A stretch of 38,291 bases of DNA, from the sequence record SRR31156797_4149, one strand, 5' to 3'. How positions within the stretch are numbered: position 1 is the stretch's first letter; every line of letters starts with the position of its first letter. This document shows positions 16,917 through 25,709 of the stretch, piece by piece. A program made the translations under genes and the position numbers. Under the pieces are notes generated by a model. The model did not search any database, was not told the origin of the DNA, and worked only from the letters and a program-made list of their open reading frames with translations.

Positions 16917-19900
16917 TTAGAATTTAACTCTCACATTAAAACCATAACTACGTTGACTCGGCATCATAAAATAATCTATTCCCTGGTAATAGTTACCTGT
17001 AGAAGCAACTGATTCAGGATCGAATGGAGCTTTATTGTAGAACATAAACAAGTTTCTTCCAACCAATGTAAATGTCACATCAGCAAAATTATAGAACTTA
17101 TCTTTTGTAAGAGTGTAACCGATACTTGCCTCTTGCAAACGTACATTTGTTGCGCTATAAGTATAAAATTGAGGAATACCCGATTTTGCACCGATTGTAG
17201 TATACCATTTTTGGGCATCAACCATATCGCCTCCATTTACAACTACACCACCATTATCGCGAGCATTAGCTGAAGCTTCAGAAACACCATAACGATCTAA
17301 TGTAGCCTGAGTTGCAGAATATACAATACCACCTATACGAGCAGATACCATAAACCCAAGGTTGAAACCTTTGTATCTAAAATCATTTCTCCATGCCATA
17401 TTCGCATCAGGAAATACCGATCCCAGCTTTATGTCTTCCACATTGTACTCTGCAGCTACATTTCCATTCTGATCTACGAAAATTTTCCCGTCGCTATCAC
17501 GCTTCAAATCAGCGATAGAATACAAATCTCCAAGACCTCCACCTTTTTTCAAAATGAATCTGGCATTTGATAAACCACCAATATCCAAACGATCTTTAGT
17601 GATCACTGCTTTTGTCTCAGGATGTACATAATTGTCAACCAATTCTGAAATCTCATTCTCATTAGAACTCAATGTGAAATTAGAACTCCAGCTAAAGTCA
17701 TTCCAAGTATTTTTATATCCCAAAGCAAGCTCAATACCTCTATTTTTAACACTACCAGTTTGAACATACAAAGTAGAATAACCAGAAGAAACTGAGATTT
17801 GAGGATCGAAAGTTTGATTGAATGTTTTTGTGCTGTACAAACTCACATCCAAATCGAAATGTTTCATCAATTTAGCCGTTAAACCAATTTCCCATGATTG
17901 GGTTCTTTCCGGTTTTAAATCGTAAAGAGGATAATGTGTTTTGGTTTCCCATACTTTATTGGCATTGTCCCAAGCGTAGGTTGGATTTGCCAAAAAACGC
18001 GCAAATGGAAGACCTACAGATGCATAGGAAGCTCTAAGCTTTGCATATTGAATTTGCATTGGCAATTCGAATATCTCAGATAAAACAAATGAGGTACCAA
18101 TAGATGGATACATGAAAGAACTCTCATTTGAATGAGGTCCTGCCAATTGAGAAGCCCAATCGTTACGACCGGTAAGAGTTAGGTAATAAGCTCCCTTGTA
18201 GCCCAATTCAGCACTTGCAAAAACCGATTTGGTTTGATCATGCCAACCCGACTGCTCACGTTTGGTAGTCACATCGTCTAACTGATATACATTAAACAAA
18301 TTTGGAATACCATCGGCACGAATGGGTCCGCGATTCGACAATACATCCTCTTTCATATCTGAATAGGAAACCCCAATATTTGCTTGAAGCGAAAAATCTT
18401 CAGTAAAGTTCTTGTTGATATTCACAAGAAAATCGGCATAAGTTTGCTTGGCTTCATTTCTGGCAATTCCATACAAACCATTATTCGATCCTTCGGTAAG
18501 AGTTCTGTTAGATGTTGCGTATAATTTCTCAGTAAAATCATTAATCGAATTATCAATACGAACACGACCTCCAAAATTCAACCAACTTGCAGCATCGTAG
18601 CTAAAACCAGCATTTAACATGTAACGATTCTTCTTGTTCTCGCGTAAGTTTCTGTGAGCAATCCAATATGGATTTTGTCCAGCAAACTCATCAATACCTT
18701 GTGGCCAATATTGAGTATAAATCTTACGAGAAGAATCATATCGCTCATACATTTTTATATCATCCCAATCATCACCACGAGGGAAAAGATATGCTGTCAC
18801 CAATGGGTTGGCATAAACCCCTTGATTTACCATATTCATATCTTCTTGTTTGATATATGAACCACCAAAATCAATTTTTAGTTTGTCATTCAAACAACTG
18901 GTTGTATTTCTGAATGTAAAATTCTGACGATCGTAACTATTGTTTGGAACAATACCTTCCGAATTGATCGTACTTGCAGATAAATAGGTTTGGTTTTTGT
19001 CTGTTCCAGTAGAAAATGACATCGAATTTGTGAACACCATTCCTGTCTCGAAAAAATCATCCTTGGGTGAATAACCCATTCGGTTCGCATTATTCAATTT
19101 ATGTCCCCAACTTTTATCTAAAACCTGAACATCCGAACTTAAATCTCCCGTTCCATAAGAATTCTGGAAATCAGGCAATGCAAAGGTTTGCATCATTTCA
19201 ACATTACTAGTTAAAGTTAAAGAGGTCGAACCTGCTTTTCCTTTTTTTGTGGTAATTACAATAGCACCATTGGATGCATGACTACCATAAAGAGCTGCTG
19301 CTGCTGCCCCCGTTAAAACCGATACACTTTCAATGTCCTCAGGATTGATATCTGCAATTGCTTCTGTAGAACCATTGGATCCAAACTCAGTCTCACCAGC
19401 ACCACCAAAATTAAACATTGGCACACCATCGATTACATACAATGCATTACTCGATTGAGCAATGGTTTTTGTACCACGCATGATAACTTTACTTGCTCCC
19501 CCTACTCCGGAAGAACTGCTGTTGATGTTTACACCAGCAACTTTACCTGAAAGTGTATTTACAAAGTTGGCATCCTTATTTGAAACAATATCCTCACTGG
19601 ATACTTGCTGAACATTATAACTCAATGCTTTTGTGGCACGCTTGATTCCCAATGCTGTAACAACAACCTCGTTCAATCCAACAACAGAAGGAAGTAATAC
19701 AACATCAAAATACTGAGATTTTGTAATTGCAAATTCCTGATCTTCATATCCAATAAAAGTAATGGCCAATATTTCTGAAGTGTTTCCTGTCAATTCGAAC
19801 TCTCCATCAATATTTGTAATTGTCCCATTAGTGGTTCCTTTGATACTTACCGATGCTCCAATTATGGTTTCACCGGATTCATCCAAAACCTTACCCTTAA

Positions 19901-20276
19901 GTTTTACTTTTTTCTTTGCTGTAGCCTGATTCTTTTCAGTATCTTTTTTAGCTACAGTGATAATATTATCTTTTACGATACATTCAAAGCCTTGTCCTTC
20001 AAATATTTTATTTAAAACATCTGTAAGTTCAACTTCTTTTGCTTTGTAATTCACACGCTTATTCATATCTATATCACTGGTATTCATAGAAAAAGAATAA
20101 TTGTGCTTTGTTTGTAGAACTTCAACAGCTTCTTTTATTGTTAAGTTCTTGAAATTAACCGATATCTTCTGTGAAAATATGGGTGTAATCCCTCCAAACA
20201 GCGCTATAATCAACATTATTATTGATTTTTTCAATCTTAACTGCGCCAGATTGAGGTTTCCTGAAATTAAATTCAT
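16917..20276 (-). CDS. susC: SusC-like TonB-dependent transducer with N-terminal signalling (STN) extension
   Basis: STN-like N-terminus, CarboxypepD_reg-like domain, LNEVVVTALGIKR, plug DINPEDIESVSVL.G.AAAALYG, C-terminal Phe. Confidence 0.95.
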   Translation of the reverse strand: MNLISGNLNLAQLRLKKSIIMLIIALFGGITPIFSQKISVNFKNLTIKEAVEVLQTKHNYSFSMNTSDIDMNKRVNYKAKEVELTDVLNKIFEGQGFECIVKDNIITVAKKDTEKNQATAKKKVKLKGKVLDESGETIIGASVSIKGTTNGTITNIDGEFELTGNTSEILAITFIGYEDQEFAITKSQYFDVVLLPSVVGLNEVVVTALGIKRATKALSYNVQQVSSEDIVSNKDANFVNTLSGKVAGVNINSSSSGVGGASKVIMRGTKTIAQSSNALYVIDGVPMFNFGGAGETEFGSNGSTEAIADINPEDIESVSVLTGAAAAALYGSHASNGAIVITTKKGKAGSTSLTLTSNVEMMQTFALPDFQNSYGTGDLSSDVQVLDKSWGHKLNNANRMGYSPKDDFFETGMVFTNSMSFSTGTDKNQTYLSASTINSEGIVPNNSYDRQNFTFRNTTSCLNDKLKIDFGGSYIKQEDMNMVNQGVYANPLVTAYLFPRGDDWDDIKMYERYDSSRKIYTQYWPQGIDEFAGQNPYWIAHRNLRENKKNRYMLNAGFSYDAASWLNFGGRVRIDNSINDFTEKLYATSNRTLTEGSNNGLYGIARNEAKQTYADFLVNINKNFTEDFSLQANIGVSYSDMKEDVLSNRGPIRADGIPNLFNVYQLDDVTTKREQSGWHDQTKSVFASAELGYKGAYYLTLTGRNDWASQLAGPHSNESSFMYPSIGTSFVLSEIFELPMQIQYAKLRASYASVGLPFARFLANPTYAWDNANKVWETKTHYPLYDLKPERTQSWEIGLTAKLMKHFDLDVSLYSTKTFNQTFDPQISVSSGYSTLYVQTGSVKNRGIELALGYKNTWNDFSWSSNFTLSSNENEISELVDNYVHPETKAVITKDRLDIGGLSNARFILKKGGGLGDLYSIADLKRDSDGKIFVDQNGNVAAEYNVEDIKLGSVFPDANMAWRNDFRYKGFNLGFMVSARIGGIVYSATQATLDRYGVSEASANARDNGGVVVNGGDMVDAQKWYTTIGAKSGIPQFYTYSATNVRLQEASIGYTLTKDKFYNFADVTFTLVGRNLFMFYNKAPFDPESVASTGNYYQGIDYFMMPSQRSYGFNVRVKF

Positions 20277-20326
20277 ATTCTTGTAATGTTTTTTAGTTTG
20301 TTAATTAGAATTTAACTGAAAAATTT

Positions 20327-20366
20327 AGGTGGAGAATGTACGAGATTCTCTGCCTTTTTCTTTTTT
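20327..20366 (+). terminator. Antisense-oriented intrinsic terminator in the fecR-susC intergenic region (candidate cis-antisense sRNA 3' end)
   Basis: AGGTGGAGAAT-gtacgag-ATTCTCTGCCT-TTTTCTTTTTT. Two G:U pairs and the U tract both fit the + strand, opposite to the PUL. Confidence 0.7.
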
Positions 20367-20421
20367 GGTTAGCGTTTCTTCATTGGCAATTTTCAAGATT
20401 TGGGGTTATACTTCATGTTTT

Positions 20422-21411
20422 TCATTTTATGTATATCATATTGGCTTTTCTTTCTATTATCATCTTTTCATTCGCATTTAAAGCTGATAATATTTCATCC
20501 AAACTTTCATTGTTAACAAACATCGAGTAAAAGCGTTCCTTTTTAAGAGATTCATTCTCGATATTAATTCTTACATCAAAATATCTTTCGAGAGCCACTG
20601 CAATTTCACTTAAGGATTCATCCATAAAGTAAAAGCCTTTGCTGTTGTACCATAGCTTACGTGTTGCAACAATAAAATCGCTTTTTTGCAATTCTCCTGT
20701 ACTTTTCGAATACCTCACAATCTCGCCAGGCTTCAATAATTTTGTCTTGCTTTCTCCTTTGTAAAAAGCATTCATCCGAACCGAACCTTCCATCAAGGAT
20801 ACCGCTATATGGGAATCCTCACTATAGGATTTCACATTGAATTTTGTACCTAAAACTTCAACTGTCACCTCTCCCGCTGACAAAACAAATGGGCGAGATT
20901 TATCTTTTGTTACTTCAGCATATGCCTCACCTGCCACATATACCTGTCGAAGAGAATTGTTAAATTTCCTTGGGTAAATTAACTTGGTACCTGCATTCAA
21001 CCACAACTTAGAACTATCCGGCAAACAAACCATTTTACTTTGTCCGTATGGCACATACTCTTCTACCCATTCTTTAGGATTGGTGGTCTCTGTATAAAAA
21101 TAAAGACTCGACAATAGAATAGGAATCAACAAAACTGCCGCGGCAATTCGATACCATTCCCCAAATCTTCGCAAAACTGAAGGTTTTTCACCTTTATCAT
21201 ACTCCTGCAAATGGACGGCTTTCTCAAATTTTTCAAATGCTCTATTGACAAGGCGATCATCCTTATCAACATTAATCTCATTCAAGATCTCCATAAGCAA
21301 AGCCTCATCCCGACTTTCATCTTGAATGGTAGCAAGCCATTGCTCAACTTCAAGTGCTTGCTGAGGGGTGCATCGGTTATAATAATAATTTTGTAATTGA
21401 TCTTTCGTCAT
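20422..21411 (-). CDS. FecR family anti-sigma factor
   Basis: One TM segment (WYRIAAAVLLIP); LPDSSKLWLNAGTKL.YP, GEAY.EV.KD..RPF, VEVLGTKFNV.SY; DUF4974-like C-terminus. Confidence 0.93.
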   Translation of the reverse strand: MTKDQLQNYYYNRCTPQQALEVEQWLATIQDESRDEALLMEILNEINVDKDDRLVNRAFEKFEKAVHLQEYDKGEKPSVLRRFGEWYRIAAAVLLIPILLSSLYFYTETTNPKEWVEEYVPYGQSKMVCLPDSSKLWLNAGTKLIYPRKFNNSLRQVYVAGEAYAEVTKDKSRPFVLSAGEVTVEVLGTKFNVKSYSEDSHIAVSLMEGSVRMNAFYKGESKTKLLKPGEIVRYSKSTGELQKSDFIVATRKLWYNSKGFYFMDESLSEIAVALERYFDVRINIENESLKKERFYSMFVNNESLDEILSALNANEKMIIERKANMIYIK

Positions 21412-21450
21412 ATGGTTCTAAAAAATGCATCTTTTAATCGGTCGACATTA

Positions 21451-21480
21451 ATAGAACGAATCAGGAAGGGGTACTACGCA
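21451..21480 (-). promoter_or_regulatory. Candidate ECF-sigma-dependent promoter for the fecR-susC operon
   Basis: Minus strand GTAGTACCCCTTCCTGATTCGTTCTAT, 40-70 nt upstream of fecR and after an A tract. It has an ECF-like -10 core CGT and the usual position in sigma/anti-sigma PULs. Confidence 0.35.
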
Positions 21481-21576
21481 ATGGAAAAGAGTTTTTTTTT
21501 ACTTTTTTTAAACATTTAGTAATAGCCGACAAAAAGACCACTTGTAAAACGCTAAATATAAACACATAGAAAGAAA

Positions 21577-22158
21577 TTAAGAGCAAATTAAAATTCCTTC
21601 AAAATTTATAAATAAGAAGAGATAATACAGAGGAAGGTTTTTTCTGATGTCTTGCAATGCTAAAAACAGATGACGTTCAATGGTTCGAACTGATAATTGT
21701 AACTGTTCAGCAATTTCCTTATTAGAAAGCATTTTTTCGCGACTCAGCTGGTAAACTTTTCTACGTTGCTCTGGCATTTTTGAAACAATACCAGCCACAC
21801 ATTGAGTCATCGTTTGTACATCCATTGATTCTTCAAAATCTTCAACAAAAACTCTATGATTTTCCTGAACTTCCTGATGCGATTCATTTGATTTTAACCT
21901 AAAATGATCACGAACTTCATTCTTTGCCAAAACATATAAATAATTGTGAATGGATTGATTGGGGTTAAGTTTTTCACGATTGACCCAAACTTTCATAAAT
22001 ATATTTTGTGTAATGTCTTCGGCTAACCAAGCATTCTTAAGCATTCCTTTTATAAAAGAATGAAATAAAGTATACTTTTCATCGAATAATTTTCGAAAGG
22101 AGTTCATGTCTCCTTTTATCAACCCTTCAACCAAATCACGATCATAAAAATCATTCAT
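21577..22158 (-). CDS. ECF RNA polymerase sigma-70 factor (Bacteroides expansion family 1)
   Basis: GD..SFRKLF, AEDITQNIFMKVW.NR, MPEQRRKVYQLSR...LSNKEIAEQL.LS.RTIE.H. Confidence 0.94.
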   Translation of the reverse strand: MNDFYDRDLVEGLIKGDMNSFRKLFDEKYTLFHSFIKGMLKNAWLAEDITQNIFMKVWVNREKLNPNQSIHNYLYVLAKNEVRDHFRLKSNESHQEVQENHRVFVEDFEESMDVQTMTQCVAGIVSKMPEQRRKVYQLSREKMLSNKEIAEQLQLSVRTIERHLFLALQDIRKNLPLYYLFLFINFEGILICS

Positions 22159-22189
22159 TACACTATACTAATTGTGGGAAATTAACACA

Positions 22190-22222
22190 CAAACGTAAAA
22201 AATATTTGCAAACTTATACAAT
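22190..22222 (-). promoter_or_regulatory. Primary-sigma promoter of the ECF sigma gene
   Basis: Minus-strand TACGTTTG (-7 box, 22197-22190) about 30 nt upstream of the ATG; ATTG as an imperfect -33 box 21 nt further upstream. Confidence 0.6.
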
Positions 22223-22590
22223 GCTTAAAAATATTATTGCCTATTATAAAGCACTAATACTACTGATATCGATAGAATTAACTCCATTGATCTTATAAGA
22301 AAAACTGAACTTTCCCATGAGAAATAAATAACTCACAACCTTCATTATTTCAACATCATAAAAACTATTTTAGAGACAGTTAAATAAATTTAAACATTAA
22401 ATAATATGTGTTAATTAGTAATAGCGATGTCGGTAATTAATATTTCCTTATTAGCCTCTTATTTATATTGATTCTAAATATTTCGTTTCATGTAGAGCTT
22501 ACTTGCATACCTATATTTATCCTTTATGTCACTTTTTAATAATAGATATTTTACTGAAGATATTAAGCAAAACAAACCTTACAGAATTAT

Positions 22591-23718
22591 TCAATTTATC
22601 CACAGTAATGAGGCAAATTCTTCTGCTGCTTTCTCAAGGTATTTTCCAGAATTTTGAATGGAATCGTTCACATCTTTTGCGTAAGATGATATTTCTGAGA
22701 GATGATCAATTTTGAGTTTTTTTAACTCCTCCTCATTGAGGTCAACCTGACCGCAAAACAGGGCTATTTTTTGATTGGTGATGGAATCCATTACACCTCG
22801 AATTACCTTTCCCGAGAAAGTTTGAGTATCCAACTTCCCCTCTCCGGTAATGATCCAATCAACCTCTTTGATTTTATCATTAAACTGAGCTTCCTGTTTG
22901 ATCAATTCAATTCCCGAATTCAATTTTGCGTTCAGAAACAGAATACAACCAGCGCCTAATCCTCCAGCAGCGCCTGCTCCAGGTATTTTCTGCAAGTTCT
23001 TTTGAAATTGCTTTTTTATCAAATCATTGAAGTTGACTAAACCTCTATCTAGTTCTTCAACCGTTTCTGGTGATGCACCTTTCTGTGGAGAATATATAAA
23101 AGCCGCTCCATTAGCACCATACAAAGGATTATCAACATCGCAGGCAATATCAAATTTTACTTTTTTAATTTTTGGATTTACTAGACGTGTATCAATTCTA
23201 TCTAAATCCAATAAATCCTTACCTACGCCTTTCAATTCCTGCATGTCATTATCGAAAAAGCGATATCCCAATGCCCTAGCCATTCCAATTCCTGCATCGT
23301 TAGTAGCACTACCTCCAATACCAAGAATAATGTGCTTCACTCCTCTATCCAGAGCATCGACAATCAACTGTCCTGTTCCATAAGTACTAGTATATAAAGG
23401 GTTGCACTCTTCATCCGACAACAATCGAATTCCAGAAGCTTCAGCCATTTCGATATAAGCCGTTTTCTTTTCCTCTGAATACAAATAACTTGCTCGCACT
23501 TCTCGCATCAGTGGATCACATACTGGAAGTTTAATCAACTCTCCATTCAAATAATATTTTAAAACTTCAACCGTTCCATCACCTCCATCGGCAAGAGGTA
23601 AATTTACGACCTCAAGATTCGGAGCATATTTTCGAAGCCCTTTTTCAACAGCTTCGCAAAACTCCAATCCGTTTAAGGAACCCTTAAATTTGTCAGGTGC
23701 TATTGCAATTTTTAGCAT
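22591..23718 (-). CDS. glxK: Glycerate kinase
   Basis: IAPDKFKGSL, PLADGGDGT, LGIGGSATNDAG.GM, ACDVDNPL.G, GAGAAGGLG, ITGEGKLD.QT..GK. Confidence 0.95.
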   Translation of the reverse strand: MLKIAIAPDKFKGSLNGLEFCEAVEKGLRKYAPNLEVVNLPLADGGDGTVEVLKYYLNGELIKLPVCDPLMREVRASYLYSEEKKTAYIEMAEASGIRLLSDEECNPLYTSTYGTGQLIVDALDRGVKHIILGIGGSATNDAGIGMARALGYRFFDNDMQELKGVGKDLLDLDRIDTRLVNPKIKKVKFDIACDVDNPLYGANGAAFIYSPQKGASPETVEELDRGLVNFNDLIKKQFQKNLQKIPGAGAAGGLGAGCILFLNAKLNSGIELIKQEAQFNDKIKEVDWIITGEGKLDTQTFSGKVIRGVMDSITNQKIALFCGQVDLNEEELKKLKIDHLSEISSYAKDVNDSIQNSGKYLEKAAEEFASLLWIN

Positions 23719-23829
23719 TTTTGATCCATCTTTATCATCGGATAAGCAATATATGAATTACCTTTAATTGAATTGTAAAAAAGGATGAAATATTAGTTTA
23801 CAATAACAACAAATACTAAAATATAAAGA

Positions 23830-24294
23830 ATGAAAGGAATACAGGATTATTATCCAGATCATTTCGCACAATGTTATGGTTGTGGTAGATTAAATGAGCA
23901 AGGACATCAGATTAAAACCTATTGGGAAGGTGAAGAAACTGTTACCAAATTTGTACCCAAAGAGTATCACACCGCTATTCCTGGCTTTGTTTATGGCGGA
24001 ATGCTGGCATCCATAATAGATTGTCATGGGACGGGTTCGGCTGCATTGGCATTTGCTAAACAGCAAGGAATTAAACTTTGTGAACACAATGCTCCAAGAT
24101 GTGTAACTGCATCCTTACAGGTAAAATATCTAAAGCCAACTCCCATTCAAGATGAAATAGAAATAAGAGGGAAAATTGCCAGTATAAATGAAAGAAAAGC
24201 AACCATTACTTCAGAGCTTTATGCTGAAGGTAAACTATGCGTAACTGGTGAAGTGGTGGCAGTAATCGTACCAGATAATTTTGGAGAAAAATAA
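23830..24294 (+). CDS. PaaI/hotdog-fold thioesterase
   Basis: CYGCG..N..G, PGFVYGG..AS.IDCHG, VTASL.V.YLKPTP. Confidence 0.9.
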   Translation: MKGIQDYYPDHFAQCYGCGRLNEQGHQIKTYWEGEETVTKFVPKEYHTAIPGFVYGGMLASIIDCHGTGSAALAFAKQQGIKLCEHNAPRCVTASLQVKYLKPTPIQDEIEIRGKIASINERKATITSELYAEGKLCVTGEVVAVIVPDNFGEK

Positions 24295-24312
24295 CCATTA
24301 AACTTTACGACA

Positions 24313-24347
24313 AGAAAAGGCAATTCGTTTCTGAATTGCCTTTCTTT
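24313..24347. terminator. Bidirectional terminator
   Basis: AAAGGCAATTC-gtttct-GAATTGCCTTT between the convergent thioesterase and TolC genes. Confidence 0.85.
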
Positions 24348-24363
24348 ATTCATTAATCTTCAA

Positions 24364-25656
24364 TTAGTTTTCGTTCAATATCCCTCCTGTAATTCTGACT
24401 AATGCAGTACGCGATTGTATCAAATTAAAAATCGCATTTAAGCGTGATAAAGCAGCATTCTGATATATAATTTGAATATCGCGATAATTGAAGGAATTGA
24501 TACTTCCTGATTCATACTTATTTTTTGAGATGGACAGATTTAAATCTGCGGCGTCTAAATTTTCCTGAGCAAGCTTAAACAATTCCATTCTTACCTGATA
24601 CAACTCAAATTGCTGCGCTAGCAAATTACTTAAGGCATGCTTCACATCTTCCGTTTCTATATCTCCAATTTCCTCTTCAATTTTAGCAATTTGAAGTGCT
24701 CTTCGGTTTGTGTTACCATTAAATATCATGAAATTTAAACTCAGATTGGCATATAAATTATGTGAATCGCTTGTACTTGATGGGGTTCCATCGTACTTTA
24801 TTTTGGTACGATTTCCCTGTATGCCAGTACCCAGACTAAGTTTTGGATAGAAATTACTTCTAGCCAAATCTACGTCTCTTTTCAAAATCATTTCCTGAAT
24901 GTATCTGTTCTTAAGACGGCTATTACTGCTTAGCATTTTATCCAACAAGTCTGCCAATTTAAAATCTTCCGGTACAGCCTTAAATTCATCAGAAAAACGA
25001 TAGGTTTTACTTTCCTTAACTCCCAATAAAAAATTCAAATCCCGAACCGAATTGTTGAAATTCACTTCTTGTAATAGGAATGCTGAGCGATCTTCTAACC
25101 ACGCATTTTGAGCCTGCAATAAATCATAGGTTACCGAACTTCCGATCTCTTTGCCAATCTTCTTTGTTTCATACCTATCTGCTGACAAATCCATAATTTT
25201 TCGACTCACCTCCATTCGCTCCTTTTCTAACAATATTTTATAGTAAGCTAAAATGATCAACTCAATTTTATTCTCAATGGCAATAATGGTATTTCCTTTC
25301 GACAATTGATTTAGATCGTCAAATTTATCTTTTCGAATTTTAACGGCAAAACCATTAAATATAGTCCAGTTAACATCTAAAGACGGAATTACACTCAACC
25401 TATTAAAATCACTACTTTCATTATAATCTTTTATTCCTCTTCCCTGAAGATTGAATTGAATACTTGGATATCTGCCAACGGCTCCCCACGAATTGTTCAG
25501 TTCACTGATTTCTTCGGTTTTTCGAAATATTTTTAATTCGTAATTGTTTTCCAAACCTATTCCAATGGCTTTGGAAAGACTTAGCTCTTCTTGTGCCATC
25601 AACGCGAACTGACAGCAAACCGAGAAGAGAACTAACAATGATACTTTTCTTATCAT
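24364..25656 (-). CDS. TolC family outer-membrane efflux protein
   Basis: Signal peptide; LSL..AI..GLENN, two OEP repeats, FYPKLSL; last gene of the RND operon. Confidence 0.9.
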   Translation of the reverse strand: MIRKVSLLVLFSVCCQFALMAQEELSLSKAIGIGLENNYELKIFRKTEEISELNNSWGAVGRYPSIQFNLQGRGIKDYNESSDFNRLSVIPSLDVNWTIFNGFAVKIRKDKFDDLNQLSKGNTIIAIENKIELIILAYYKILLEKERMEVSRKIMDLSADRYETKKIGKEIGSSVTYDLLQAQNAWLEDRSAFLLQEVNFNNSVRDLNFLLGVKESKTYRFSDEFKAVPEDFKLADLLDKMLSSNSRLKNRYIQEMILKRDVDLARSNFYPKLSLGTGIQGNRTKIKYDGTPSSTSDSHNLYANLSLNFMIFNGNTNRRALQIAKIEEEIGDIETEDVKHALSNLLAQQFELYQVRMELFKLAQENLDAADLNLSISKNKYESGSINSFNYRDIQIIYQNAALSRLNAIFNLIQSRTALVRITGGILNEN

Positions 25657-25678
25657 CTGAATTTCATTTATTATTTAA

Positions 25679-25698
25679 CCCCAGACTAAAGCCTGGGG
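25679..25698. repeat. Short GC-rich REP-like palindrome
   Basis: CCCCAGAC-TAAA-GCCTGGGG in the RND-TolC intergenic gap; pairs fully on the minus strand with one G:U. Confidence 0.55.
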
Positions 25699-25709
25699 CA
25701 ATTCATTAT

